Origin: Pseudomonadota bacterium
GTDB taxonomy: Bacteria > Myxococcota > JACRCW01 > JAFGSX01
Assembly: GCA_043821645.1 (NCBI GenBank)
Contig: JBDRCO010000023.1
Coordinates: 64,001-128,000 of the forward strand
Length of the DNA: 64,000 bases
Direction: 5' to 3'
The notes below the pieces were generated by a model that saw nothing but the letters and a program-made list of their open reading frames with translations, made no database searches and had not been told where the DNA came from. Shown piece by piece: positions 29,600 through 39,802 of the stretch. The position numbers and the translations under genes are program-made. Numbering within the stretch: position 1 is the first letter of the stretch; each line of letters opens with the position of its first letter.

Positions 29600-31582
29600 T
29601 CAGGGACAATCGTCCTGCAGGCACACGCACGGTCCGATGATGCAGACGACGAGGTTGCACTGTGAACCCTCGCCCACGGTGGTGGCGCAGGTGTCATTGA
29701 ACAGGCTGCAGGTCGGGGAGCACAGCTGCGTCAGCAGGTCGCAGTCGTAACCACTCGCGCAGAGACTGGTTGTGCTGCAGGGCGCGCAGCGCTGGTGTGG
29801 CACCACATTGGTCAGCACGCAGCGGTGATCACTGGCGCAGCTGTGGGTTCCATCGCAGCCCGAGGGGCTGCTCAGGCGGCAACCGAGCTTGCACACCGGC
29901 GCCGGCCGCTGCAGGTCGCAGTAGCGGTCCGCGGGGCATTGCGAATCGCTCGCGCACGCCGTGTAGCCAAGGTCGGCGCACTGTTGATCGTTGCTGGCCG
30001 TGCAGCCCGTCGGGCAGCAACTGTCACTGCTGCTGCAGATCGTGATGGGGCTGGACACGCAGCGGGCATCGCAGGTCCCGCTGGCGGTCAAGGTGTAGTG
30101 ATTGCAGCCCGAGTCCGTGCAGCTGGTGGGGCAGGCGCCGGAGCTGCCCGAGGCGATGTTGATGTCACAGCGCTCGGTGCCGTTGACGGTGCCATCACCG
30201 CACACCGGCGGGTCCACCAGCGACGTCGTCAGAGTGTAGTGGCCCACCTTGGACGGATAGGAATAGTTCTGGACGCGGATATAGGCGGTGGCCGGCGCGT
30301 TCCACATCTCGACGGTCTCGGTGTCCGAGCTGGTCGCCGATTCATCGAACATGGCGGCGTCGCTGTTGCGATAGACAGCGAGGTCGAGGTCGGCCTCGGT
30401 GTGGGTGAACTGGATGCTGACGCGCAGGGCGCGCCCGGCGGGGACGTCGACGACAAACCAGTCGTACTGGTCGCAGGCCACCAGATCCTGGATCGTGGTG
30501 CTGTTGCTCACGGTGCTCGCCTGGGACCGCAGGTCGTCGGGTTCGTACTCGTCGTCGATGGGATCGCACTCCGGTGGCGCGGTATCCGGTCCACCGAGGT
30601 CGGGCCGGGCGAGGTCAGGGCGCGCCTGGTCGGGCAGCGTGGTGTCGGGGCGTGCGCCGTCGGGCTGAGCGAGATCCGGTCGTGCCGCGGCGGGTATCGC
30701 GGCATCGGGCTGGCGCAGGTCCTGGGACGTGGTATCCCAGCGCGCCAGGTCCGGCGCCGTGGCATCGCGACCCGCTCTGTCTGGCACACCCGCATCCACG
30801 CGCCCGCTGACGCAGCGGCCGTCGCTGCACACCTTGTCGATGCCACAGTCCCTGTCCTCGACCAGCACGGTACCGTCGTCGCTGCACACGAGCAGGTGGT
30901 TGTCCTGGCAATTCTTGCTGCCCGGATCACAGACCAGGGCCTGGCATCGCCCGCGCACGCAGCTCAGTTCTCCGCTGCAGATCCTCTGCACGGTGAAACC
31001 TGTCCCCCACATGTCGCAAGTCCGCGCCAGGTCGCCTTCGCAGCTGCTGGCGCCGGGCTCACAGACCTTGGCCAGGCATGCGCCCTCGACGCACACCGCG
31101 CTGCTGCCGCAGGCCGTGGGCCCCTCGCTGTAGCCTGTGCCGTCGGCCAGGCACAGGGCGGCGCTGTTCCCCACGCAGACGGACTCACCGGAGGGGCAGG
31201 TGTTGCCCACGGGAACGCAGGCGCCGTTGACGCAGAAATCCTGATCACAGTCCATGCGACTGGACAGGGCCGTGCCCTCGCTGTTGCAGCGCACGAGCTC
31301 GTTGCGCACACACAGGAAGGCATCGGGCTCGCAGACGATATTGTCCTCGCAGGCGCCGAGCACGCAGGTCTGGCTGTCGGCACAGATCACCTTGTCGCTG
31401 ACGTAGCCGCTGTCGCCACAGATCCGCACCACGTTGTCGTCGCAGAAGCTCACCCCGGGGGTGCAGGCGGTGCGGGTCCCCGAGGAGGGGCTGTCCGGCG
31501 GTGCCAGCTGTGGAGGACAGGCCGAGAGCAGGAGCCCAAAGCTTGGCCCCACAAGCCAGAGTGCCACGACAGGTCGCTGCAT
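29600..31582 (-). CDS. Cys-rich lipoprotein with PPC-like domain
   Basis: Lipobox LLLSAC; tandem CxPG..C..N..C repeats; PDxAx linker; DDEYEPDD..DWF..ADLDL PPC-like module. Confidence 0.8.
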   Translation of the reverse strand: MQRPVVALWLVGPSFGLLLSACPPQLAPPDSPSSGTRTACTPGVSFCDDNVVRICGDSGYVSDKVICADSQTCVLGACEDNIVCEPDAFLCVRNELVRCNSEGTALSSRMDCDQDFCVNGACVPVGNTCPSGESVCVGNSAALCLADGTGYSEGPTACGSSAVCVEGACLAKVCEPGASSCEGDLARTCDMWGTGFTVQRICSGELSCVRGRCQALVCDPGSKNCQDNHLLVCSDDGTVLVEDRDCGIDKVCSDGRCVSGRVDAGVPDRAGRDATAPDLARWDTTSQDLRQPDAAIPAAARPDLAQPDGARPDTTLPDQARPDLARPDLGGPDTAPPECDPIDDEYEPDDLRSQASTVSNSTTIQDLVACDQYDWFVVDVPAGRALRVSIQFTHTEADLDLAVYRNSDAAMFDESATSSDTETVEMWNAPATAYIRVQNYSYPSKVGHYTLTTSLVDPPVCGDGTVNGTERCDINIASGSSGACPTSCTDSGCNHYTLTASGTCDARCVSSPITICSSSDSCCPTGCTASNDQQCADLGYTACASDSQCPADRYCDLQRPAPVCKLGCRLSSPSGCDGTHSCASDHRCVLTNVVPHQRCAPCSTTSLCASGYDCDLLTQLCSPTCSLFNDTCATTVGEGSQCNLVVCIIGPCVCLQDDCP

Positions 31583-31716
31583 GATCCACCTCGCCCTGGA
31601 CACATTATCCGCTGTGCAGGACGCTTGGCGAGGCGTCAGGTCGCATGTGAGATGGCTCACAGATCAAAATCGCGACCTTCCCAATAGTGATGCGTCAGTG
31701 AGCTGTGGAGGTTGCC

Positions 31717-33876
31717 ATGTTCAGAGAATGGAATTCGAAGCCTGTGCTGGCCTTGCTGGCTGGGCTGATGCCGCTGTTGACCGGTATGGCGGCCTGCCCT
31801 CCCTCGGAGGATGGCGATATCCCTCCCTCGACCAGCCGAGGTGTGTGCGGCAACGACCGCAGGCAGACCGGCGAGAAGTGCGACGGCCCGGATCTCAATG
31901 ACAAGACCTGCGAGGACCTGGGCTTTGCGAGCGGCGCTCTGTTGTGCAAGCCGGACTGCAAGGACTTTGACCGGAGTGCCTGCGGTGCGCCCCTCGACAC
32001 GGTGTGTGGCAACAACGTCCGCGAGGGCGTCGAGACCTGCGACCTGTTCGATCTGGACGGCGAGAGCTGCGAGTCCCTGGGCTGGGGAGCGGGCTTGCTC
32101 GCCTGTCGCCAGAACTGCGGCGAGTTCGACGTATCCATGTGCGGTCCACCGCCGGACTGCGGCGACGGCAACCAGGGCGGCATCGAGATCTGCGACGGCG
32201 CTGACTTCGGCGGGCTCACCTGCCAGCGCCTGGGCTACCAGGGCGGCGAGCTGAGCTGCGCGGTCAACTGCATGGCCATCGATCGCTCGGGCTGCATCGA
32301 GGAGTGCACCCCGAACTGCTCGGGCCGGGTCTGCGGCACCGACCCCGTGTGCGGCATCTCCTGCGGCACCTGCTCGTCGGGCACCTGCAACGCCAGCGGC
32401 CAGTGTGAGAGCAGCACCGACGGCGGGCCCTCCTGCCCCGCCAGCCGGGACTGCAGCGGACGCGTGTGCGGTCCGGATCCCGTGTGCGGTACCTCGTGTG
32501 GCACCTGCTCGTCGGGGAGCTGCAACACGAGTGGCCAGTGCGTGGGCACCACGTCCTGCACCCAGGGATCGACGCGCTGCTCCACCGACAGCTATGGCGT
32601 CGAGGCCTGCGGGGTCAACCTGGCCACCAGTAACACCGAGTACGGGCCGCGGGTGCCCTGCCCGGCGGGCTACAGCTGCTCCTCCGGGGTCTGCGGACAC
32701 GGGGCGTGCGTGCGCACCGAGGTGGCCCTGCTCGTCGACCGCTCGTCGAGCATGCTCGACGGGGACACCTGGATCTGGGTCAAGAACGCCACTCTCGCGG
32801 CGGCGTACTACTACGATGGACTGAATGCGCTCGGCTTCAAACCTTTTCCGGGTTCGAGCGGTTGCACCGCCGGCACGCTGTCGGCCATGGCCACAGGCAG
32901 CGCCAGCACCATCGAGGGTCGGCTGACCGATCCCACGACCAACGCCTCGACGCCGATGGAAGATGCCCTGAGCAACCTCGCCTCGGCCTATGGCGACCCC
33001 AATGCAGGCCAGGCCGTGATCCTGGTCAGCGACGGCGACGAGACCTGCGGTACCGCGACCGGTGCCGTGGCGCAGGCCAGCAACCTGTTCCGGACTGGCG
33101 TCAAGGTCTACACCATCGCGGTCACTACAACGGCCAACCGCACCCTGCTCAATCAGATCGCGCAGGTGGGCGGCACAGGGACCAGCCGCCTGGTCACCAG
33201 CGCCCAGACCCTGTTCGACACCTACAAGGCCATCTTCGCCGAGCTCGGCGCCTGCGCCGACTGCGACGGCAGCAAGCCCAGCTGCAGCAGCAGCACCATG
33301 ATCCGCTTCTGCGACGGCGACACCATGCAGGACTATGACTGCAGCCAGGATTCCAGCGTGTGCGGAACTTACAGCAGTACCGTGGGCGCGCGTTGCCTGG
33401 GCGGACCGGGCTCCTACTGCAGCACCGACATCGAGAGGTACATCAACGTGTGCGATCCCGCGCAGAGCGATCTGTTTTGCTCGACGGACAGCAATCAGTG
33501 TGAGTCCACCTGCCCGTCAACGGACCTGGGCAACGTGGTGGATCCTTATGCCGGCTACTACGCCCCCAGCGGCAGCTCCCAGCAGAGTGGCAGCTGCGGC
33601 GGCTCGAGCTCGGCCGAAGCGGTGTTCACCTGGACGGCGCCGAGCAGCGCCAGCTTCACCTTCAGCACCGAGCAGAATTCCTACGACACGGTGCTGTACA
33701 TTCGCGACAGCTCCTGCACCGGCTCCGAGCTGGGCTGCAACGACAATGTGAGCGCCTCGGTCCTGTCCTCGACCCTCACGCTGTACCTGTACCAGGATGA
33801 CATCGTCACCATCTTCGTCGACGGAAAGACCGCCTCGGGTCCCGGGTCTGGCTACCTCTCGATCACCCAGAACTGA
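31717..33876 (+). CDS. Cys-rich lipoprotein with von Willebrand factor A domain
   Basis: GGAGG RBS; lipobox GMAAC; MIDAS DRSSSM..TPM..ILVSDG; C-terminal YDTVLYIR..ELGCND module. Confidence 0.85.
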   Translation: MFREWNSKPVLALLAGLMPLLTGMAACPPSEDGDIPPSTSRGVCGNDRRQTGEKCDGPDLNDKTCEDLGFASGALLCKPDCKDFDRSACGAPLDTVCGNNVREGVETCDLFDLDGESCESLGWGAGLLACRQNCGEFDVSMCGPPPDCGDGNQGGIEICDGADFGGLTCQRLGYQGGELSCAVNCMAIDRSGCIEECTPNCSGRVCGTDPVCGISCGTCSSGTCNASGQCESSTDGGPSCPASRDCSGRVCGPDPVCGTSCGTCSSGSCNTSGQCVGTTSCTQGSTRCSTDSYGVEACGVNLATSNTEYGPRVPCPAGYSCSSGVCGHGACVRTEVALLVDRSSSMLDGDTWIWVKNATLAAAYYYDGLNALGFKPFPGSSGCTAGTLSAMATGSASTIEGRLTDPTTNASTPMEDALSNLASAYGDPNAGQAVILVSDGDETCGTATGAVAQASNLFRTGVKVYTIAVTTTANRTLLNQIAQVGGTGTSRLVTSAQTLFDTYKAIFAELGACADCDGSKPSCSSSTMIRFCDGDTMQDYDCSQDSSVCGTYSSTVGARCLGGPGSYCSTDIERYINVCDPAQSDLFCSTDSNQCESTCPSTDLGNVVDPYAGYYAPSGSSQQSGSCGGSSSAEAVFTWTAPSSASFTFSTEQNSYDTVLYIRDSSCTGSELGCNDNVSASVLSSTLTLYLYQDDIVTIFVDGKTASGPGSGYLSITQN
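31846..32541 (+). repeat. Intragenic Cys-rich repeats (3 copies of one unit, then 2 x 30 aa)
   Basis: CG(N/D)..E.CD..D....C..LG...G.L.C...C...D.S.C three times; CSGRVCGxDPVCGxSCGTCSSGxCNxSGQC twice (32317-32406, 32452-32541). Confidence 0.85.
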
Positions 33877-34022
33877 CAGCCTCCCGTCCTGGCGAATCGC
33901 GAGGTTCGCGCAGCCCTTGTGGCGCCTCTCCCCGCGATGGATAGTGCTCGCAACCGACACGATCTGCCGTGGTTCCAGGCAACGCTCCATCCACGCGATC
34001 GAGGAGGGTGAGGTCGCAGCGC

Positions 34023-35504
34023 ATGATCGACGTGCTCGACATGGTCCTGCTGGTCGCCGGCGTGGCACTGGGCGCCGCGATCGCCACCTGGATCGCCCGT
34101 TCCCAGCGTGCGACCCTGCAGGCCCAGTGGCGCGCCGAGGCCGAGACCGCACGGGCCAGCGCCGAGGGCCGAGCCACCGCTGCCGCCGCCGAGGTCGTCC
34201 AGCTGCGCCAGGATCTCGAGCGGGAGCGCACTCAGGGGCGCGCGGATCGCCAGGCCAAGGAGCAGCAGGAGATCGCGCTGCGCGATCAGCTCGCGGCCCT
34301 GGGCGCCAGCGAGTCCGAACTGCGCGCGGAGCTGGACAACGAACGCGCGAGACTGCAGGAGCAACACACCCTGCTCGACGACGCGAGACGACAACTCGGC
34401 GACGCCTTCAAGGCCCTGAGCGCCGACGCCCTCAAGAGCAACAACCAGGCCTTTCTCGAGCTGGCGCGAACGTCCCTCGAGGCCTTTCAGGAGGGCGCGC
34501 GCGGCGACCTGGAAAAACGCCAGCTTGCCATCGTCGAGCTGGTGAACCCGGTGCGCGAGAGCCTGCAACGCGTCGACGAAAAATTGAACCAGGTGGAGAA
34601 GGAGCGCGAGAGTGCCTACGGCGCGATCCGTCAGCAGCTGGTCGAGATGCAGCAGACTGGCCGCGCCCTGCAGGGAGAAACGGCCAACCTGGTCAAGGCC
34701 CTGCGCGCTCCCCAGGTGCGCGGGCGCTGGGGCGAGATACAGCTCAAGCGCGTGGTCGAGCTGGCCGGCATGCTCGATCACTGCGACTTCGCGGAGCAGC
34801 AGAGCACGCCCACCGAGGACGGCCGGCTGCGGCCGGACCTGATCGTACGGCTGCCCGGTGGCAAACAGATCGTGGTCGATGCCAAGACCCCCCTCGGCGC
34901 CTATCTCGAGGCGGTCGAGGCCACGGACGACGCCCAGCGGGAGCACCACCTGACCGAGCACGCGCGGCAGGTGCGCGATCACGTGACCAAGCTATCCCGA
35001 AAGGCTTACTGGGATCAGTTCGAGCATAGCCCCGAGTTCGTGGTGCTGTTTCTTCCCGGCGAGACCTTCTTCAGCGCGGCCCTGCAAAAGGACCCCTCGC
35101 TCATCGAGATGGGCGTGGAGCAGCGCGTGATCCTGGCCACCCCGACGACGCTCATCGCCTTGCTCCGCGCCGTCGCCTACGGCTGGCGCCAGGAGCGCCT
35201 GGCGGACAACGCGCAGCGCATCAGCAATCTGGGCCGTGAGCTGTACGATCGCGTGGCCACGCTGGCAGACCACTTCTCCGACGTGGGCAAGCATCTGGGC
35301 CGGTCCGTGGAGGCCTACAACAAGGTCGTGGGCTCGCTGGAATCGCGGGTGCTGGTCAGCGCGCGCAAGTTCAAGGAGCTGGACGCAGCTCCCGGTGATC
35401 GCGACATCCCTGCGCCTGCACCCATCGAGAAACAGATCCGCACGGCGCAAGCCCCCGAGCTGCCCTTGCTCGACGTCAGCACGCGATCTCGCAGTTCCTC
35501 GTAA
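34023..35504 (+). CDS. rmuC: DNA recombination protein RmuC
   Basis: N-terminal TM and coiled coil; [40 protein letters not shown]. Confidence 0.93.
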   Translation: MIDVLDMVLLVAGVALGAAIATWIARSQRATLQAQWRAEAETARASAEGRATAAAAEVVQLRQDLERERTQGRADRQAKEQQEIALRDQLAALGASESELRAELDNERARLQEQHTLLDDARRQLGDAFKALSADALKSNNQAFLELARTSLEAFQEGARGDLEKRQLAIVELVNPVRESLQRVDEKLNQVEKERESAYGAIRQQLVEMQQTGRALQGETANLVKALRAPQVRGRWGEIQLKRVVELAGMLDHCDFAEQQSTPTEDGRLRPDLIVRLPGGKQIVVDAKTPLGAYLEAVEATDDAQREHHLTEHARQVRDHVTKLSRKAYWDQFEHSPEFVVLFLPGETFFSAALQKDPSLIEMGVEQRVILATPTTLIALLRAVAYGWRQERLADNAQRISNLGRELYDRVATLADHFSDVGKHLGRSVEAYNKVVGSLESRVLVSARKFKELDAAPGDRDIPAPAPIEKQIRTAQAPELPLLDVSTRSRSSS

Positions 35505-35819
35505 CCTTCGACGCGCGCCTCGTTTCCCCTCGTGCTGCGAAGAAGCCGCGCCGAGGCTGGTGTGCACGCACGGATTCACCCTGAGAGATCGTCTCGCCTC
35601 AGGCCGGGCGGGGCACGCAGGCCGGGCGCTGGCAGGGCCGCCGGCGCTCGTAGTATTCTGATGCGCGTCGGGTTGTCGTCCTCTCGTGGCTGGCTCAGCC
35701 GAGGTTCTCGGTGAACCTGAGACGACGCGAACCGTCGCGGACGAGGGCGGGGCGCCAGGTCCAATCTGGAGTCACGCGATCCCGCAGGAGAGCGCGCTCA
35801 ACGGCGAGAGGCGGTCCCG

Positions 35820-36122
35820 GTGACAGACTCACGGTTCAAGCAAGACTCGCTGATCATGCGCGAGGCTCACTTCAAGAACCTGCATCCCACACCGATCGCG
35901 GAACGCATCCACGAGATCCTGTCCAGCGAGATGGGACCCATCATCGCCACCGCAGCCATACGCCGGGCCTCGGATCATGCTCACATCGCCATCGACGTCA
36001 TGGCCGCATCCGACATGCGCGAGGTCATCCCAGTGATCCTGAACTCGCTCAAGCCCTACCGGACGTCGGAGCTGCTCCGACAGCAGCTGCAGACGCTGCT
36101 CGAGGAACTGGCACCACGCTGA
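35820..36122 (+). CDS. Hypothetical protein (100 aa)
   Basis: GTG after GAGG; good GC3 codon bias; no family recognised. Confidence 0.65.
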   Translation: MTDSRFKQDSLIMREAHFKNLHPTPIAERIHEILSSEMGPIIATAAIRRASDHAHIAIDVMAASDMREVIPVILNSLKPYRTSELLRQQLQTLLEELAPR

Positions 36123-36134
36123 GCCGGACCAGGT

Positions 36135-38594
36135 TCAGCGCGACGTGTCGTCGAGAATGGTGATCTGGCGTGGCGTCTTGACCACGATCTCGGGGCTGCC
36201 AAAGGCGCGAATGACGCCCGTGATGGCCACATTCTTGCCGGTCAGACCACGCTCCAGGTCTATGCCCTGCCGCGTGAACGCGTCGGCCTGGTGCGCGAAG
36301 ATCACGGCCACGAAGCCTTGGCCATGGGTGAAGTGGAGCCGGATGACCTTGTCGGTGGTGTCGACCCGGAGCACCCGCCCCTCGACGCGAGCGGTGCGCC
36401 CGATGTGCAGGTTGGCCTCGAGAGGGGTGACGATGGGGTCCCCCACCAGCTTGGCCGAGAGGTAGCCGCTCTTGCCGCCGGGCAGTGCCACCTCGAGGAA
36501 GGCGGGGCCGCGTCCCTGGCTACCGCCGACCTCGCTGATCACACTCACACGGTCACCCCTGGCAAGCTGGCGCAACTTGCGCGCACGCGCGGCGGGTTTG
36601 TCGCCCACCACGGCCCGGCTCGCGGCGATGGCAACCTGGTACAACCTGGATTGGCGCCAGTCCTCGACGAAGAGGTCGCGGTAATAGCCCGCCACCTTGG
36701 GGTGGCGAACGATGGTTCCGACCTCACGGTTGCCCTTGAAACTGTTCTCGCTCCAGTTGATCGAACCCACAAACACCTGTTCACCATCGACGATCACACC
36801 CTTGGCGTGCACCTTCTCGACCTGGGTCGACGCCAGGTTGATGACCTTGGCCTCGAGGTCGAGATGCTCGACCCGTGCCAGCTCGTTCAGGTAGGCCACG
36901 GAGTCGTCGTTGTCGCGGTCATCACTGGCCTCGGCGTTGTACCAGGTACCGTCGACCAGGACACGGGTTCGCACACCGCGCCGAGCCGTCTCCACCACCG
37001 CGGCTAGCGCGAGGTTGGGCGCGGTCTCCAGGGTGTCGCCGCGCTTGCCCCAGTGCAGCGGGATGCTGTTCTGCAGCACCAGCAGCTCCTTCTTCGCGCT
37101 GCGAACCAGACCGAGCAGCGAGCTGTTCTCGTTGAGGCTGTTGTCCGGAGACAGCACGAGAGCGAGATCCATGCGGCCCTGAACCTCGAGCGGCGTCGCG
37201 GTGCGCGTGAAGTTGCCGCGGATCACAGTGCGGTCGGGCTGGAAGCGAGGGTTGCGGAAAGGGCGGCCGTAGGCATCGTCGCTGCTGGCGTCGATGGAGC
37301 GCACGTCGCTGGAGCGGCCTGGCGCCATGTCGGCGTTCCACACGTCGCGCAGTTGCTGCACGAAGCCGGGGTGTTCGATCTGGATCTCCCAGCCGCGATT
37401 GCCGAAGCTGGGATCCGCGGGATGACCGGTACGACCGTAGTTCTCGGTGCCGATGACGGCGATCCTGTCATCGATGATGGCGTACTTGCTGTGATCAAAA
37501 CGATAGCGCGCACTCACCTGCGCCTTTTTGTCCCTGACCAGGAAGTAGATCTTGGCACCACCCGTGTGCAGCCGGTCCAGGATGTAACGCGACTGGTCTT
37601 CGAGTCCGCCCACAGGCGAGCCCTCGGTCCAGATGGTCACGGCCACGCCGCGCTTGAGCGCGTTCTCGAGATGATCGGCGAGCAGATCGTTGGTGAACTT
37701 GTACACCGAGACATCGATGCTGCGCTGTGCGAGGTCAAAGGCGGAGGCCAGGGCCGCAAAATTGTTCTCGGGGGCCGAGGAACAAACCACCCGGGCTTCG
37801 ACATTGTGCAGCGGGTGAAAGGGAAATCGCGTCTGCCCGGGGAGCTCGACGCGATGGGAGGGATCCGTCCCCAGCTGCGTCCGGCTGAAGCCGCTGTTCC
37901 AATCCGCCGCGGTGTTGGTGTCCGCCAGCAGGTGGCCGGCCTCGTCGCGGTCGCGCGCCAGGATCTGGCCGGTCCAGCCAAAGATGGTGGCGTCTGCAAG
38001 CCTCAGCGGGGACCCCGTCCAGCTCCGGGGCGGCACGGTGGACAGATCCAGGGGACGATCGCGGTGCCTGTCGTACGCGACCAGGTCGACCAGCTCGCCT
38101 GCGCGATCGTGCAGGCTGACCACTCCGTGCTGGGCGAAGAGATCGAGCCAGCCGTTGATGACATGCAGATTGGGCACCTCGGGATCCGTATCCACCGCCT
38201 CGTAGGCTGGCTTGAATCCAAACACACTCTGAAAGCCGCGAGCGGTGTGTGCCACCCAGATGTCGCCCAGGGGCGGAATGGTCGCCCCCGAGGGGAGCAT
38301 CACCGTGTGCGCCGAGCCTCCCGGATCCTGGTCAAGAGGCGCGCGGTCCTCTTGCCCACGCTGACGTCGAGGACCGTAGCGATCCGAGAGCTTGAAGTCG
38401 CCCACGTCAAGGTCTCCCTCGGCGCGGGTGCTGGTGAGACGTATCGCCTCCTCGGGCTCGGGGTCGCCCTTGAGCCGCCCGTCAAACAACACGCCGGAGA
38501 TGCGCACCGCCTGGGCCGTGGCGTCGGGACGCGCGGGACCCGCCATGACCAGCAGCGCTGCGATCAGGCTGCACCACGTCGACACGTTCTTCAT
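36135..38594 (-). CDS. Secreted phospholipase D-family protein (2 HKD motifs) with lamin-tail-like N-terminus and SH3/OB-like C-terminus
   Basis: Signal peptide; HSKYAIID and HAKGVIVD..GSINWS..NRE motifs. Confidence 0.85.
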   Translation of the reverse strand: MKNVSTWCSLIAALLVMAGPARPDATAQAVRISGVLFDGRLKGDPEPEEAIRLTSTRAEGDLDVGDFKLSDRYGPRRQRGQEDRAPLDQDPGGSAHTVMLPSGATIPPLGDIWVAHTARGFQSVFGFKPAYEAVDTDPEVPNLHVINGWLDLFAQHGVVSLHDRAGELVDLVAYDRHRDRPLDLSTVPPRSWTGSPLRLADATIFGWTGQILARDRDEAGHLLADTNTAADWNSGFSRTQLGTDPSHRVELPGQTRFPFHPLHNVEARVVCSSAPENNFAALASAFDLAQRSIDVSVYKFTNDLLADHLENALKRGVAVTIWTEGSPVGGLEDQSRYILDRLHTGGAKIYFLVRDKKAQVSARYRFDHSKYAIIDDRIAVIGTENYGRTGHPADPSFGNRGWEIQIEHPGFVQQLRDVWNADMAPGRSSDVRSIDASSDDAYGRPFRNPRFQPDRTVIRGNFTRTATPLEVQGRMDLALVLSPDNSLNENSSLLGLVRSAKKELLVLQNSIPLHWGKRGDTLETAPNLALAAVVETARRGVRTRVLVDGTWYNAEASDDRDNDDSVAYLNELARVEHLDLEAKVINLASTQVEKVHAKGVIVDGEQVFVGSINWSENSFKGNREVGTIVRHPKVAGYYRDLFVEDWRQSRLYQVAIAASRAVVGDKPAARARKLRQLARGDRVSVISEVGGSQGRGPAFLEVALPGGKSGYLSAKLVGDPIVTPLEANLHIGRTARVEGRVLRVDTTDKVIRLHFTHGQGFVAVIFAHQADAFTRQGIDLERGLTGKNVAITGVIRAFGSPEIVVKTPRQITILDDTSR

Positions 38595-38659
38595 CAGTGT
38601 TCCTGGGGCTGGTTCGCCGTTCGCCGACGGTGAGGGGTGCACATGCCCGACTATAGGCT

Positions 38660-39721
38660 CTAGCGCGGCTCGCGATCCATGGCTGGCATACCGGGGATGG
38701 TCGTGGGCTCGCCGAGGCTGGCCTGGCGCATCCCGGGACCGGGAGGGGGCATGGACACCGGTACCACGCCGGTCTTGACGGCGGCCACGGCCAGCACGGG
38801 CTCCGACGCACCGGGGATGGCCAGACCCAGGCCTCCAAGGACCTGATCCATGTTCGAGAGGTCGTTCGGCAGCAGCACACGCGTGCCGGGGTTGGCCAGG
38901 GCCGACATCTTGGAGATGTAAGCCTCACCGAGGCGCAGGCTCACGGCCTCGACGCCACCGGGTTGCGACAGCACCTTGCCCATCTTGCGGATCGACTCGG
39001 CGGTGGCCTGGGCCACGGCCAGGATCTCCTCTGCGCGTCCCTGGGCCTCGTTGATGCACCGCTGCTTCTCGCCTTCGCTGCGGTTGATGGCCTCGGTGCG
39101 GCTGGCCTCGCTGACGTTGATGCGAGCCTGCCGCTCGCCCTCGCTGCGCGCGAGCAGGGCGCGGCGGTCTCGCTCGGCGCCCATCTGGCGCTCCATGCTG
39201 TTGCGCACACTCCCGGGCACCACGATGTTCTTGACCTCGTACCGGTGCACCTTGATGCCCCAGGCCTCGCTGACCTCGTTGAGCACGCTGACCACCCGCG
39301 AGCTGATGGCGTCGCGCTCCTCGAAGGTGCGATCCAGCTCGAGGGTGCCGATGACGGACCGGGTCGTGGTCTGGGCAAGCTGGATGGCCGCCCACTTGTA
39401 GTTGGTGACGCCGTAACTCGCGTTCACCGGGTTCATCACGCTCAGGTACAGGACACCGTCGACCTCGACCTTGACGTTGTCCTTGGTGAAGCAGTCCTGC
39501 GGCGGGACATCGATGGTCTCCTCGCGCAGATCTTGCTGGTAGGCCACCCGATCGATGAAGGGCAGCAGCATGTGAAAGCCCGCGTTCCAGGTCTGGTGAT
39601 AGCGTCCGAGCCGCTCGACGATGTGCGCTCGACGGTTCGGCACCAACCGGAAGCAGCGGGCCAGGTTGAAGACCACGATCAGGGCCAGCAGCACCCAGAT
39701 TCCGACGGCGATGTAGAACAT
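38660..39721 (-). CDS. SPFH/band 7 (stomatin-like) protein
   Basis: VERLGRY..GFHMLLPFID, LAQTTTRSVIG, MERQMGAER. Confidence 0.92.
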   Translation of the reverse strand: MFYIAVGIWVLLALIVVFNLARCFRLVPNRRAHIVERLGRYHQTWNAGFHMLLPFIDRVAYQQDLREETIDVPPQDCFTKDNVKVEVDGVLYLSVMNPVNASYGVTNYKWAAIQLAQTTTRSVIGTLELDRTFEERDAISSRVVSVLNEVSEAWGIKVHRYEVKNIVVPGSVRNSMERQMGAERDRRALLARSEGERQARINVSEASRTEAINRSEGEKQRCINEAQGRAEEILAVAQATAESIRKMGKVLSQPGGVEAVSLRLGEAYISKMSALANPGTRVLLPNDLSNMDQVLGGLGLAIPGASEPVLAVAAVKTGVVPVSMPPPGPGMRQASLGEPTTIPGMPAMDREPR

Positions 39722-39802
39722 GGCACTCTCCTTGTCTTCACACGGGCGGGCGGCCTGCCCGTTGCCACCGGGACCCGTCCCGGCAGCATCCTCCTGCAGC
39801 GT

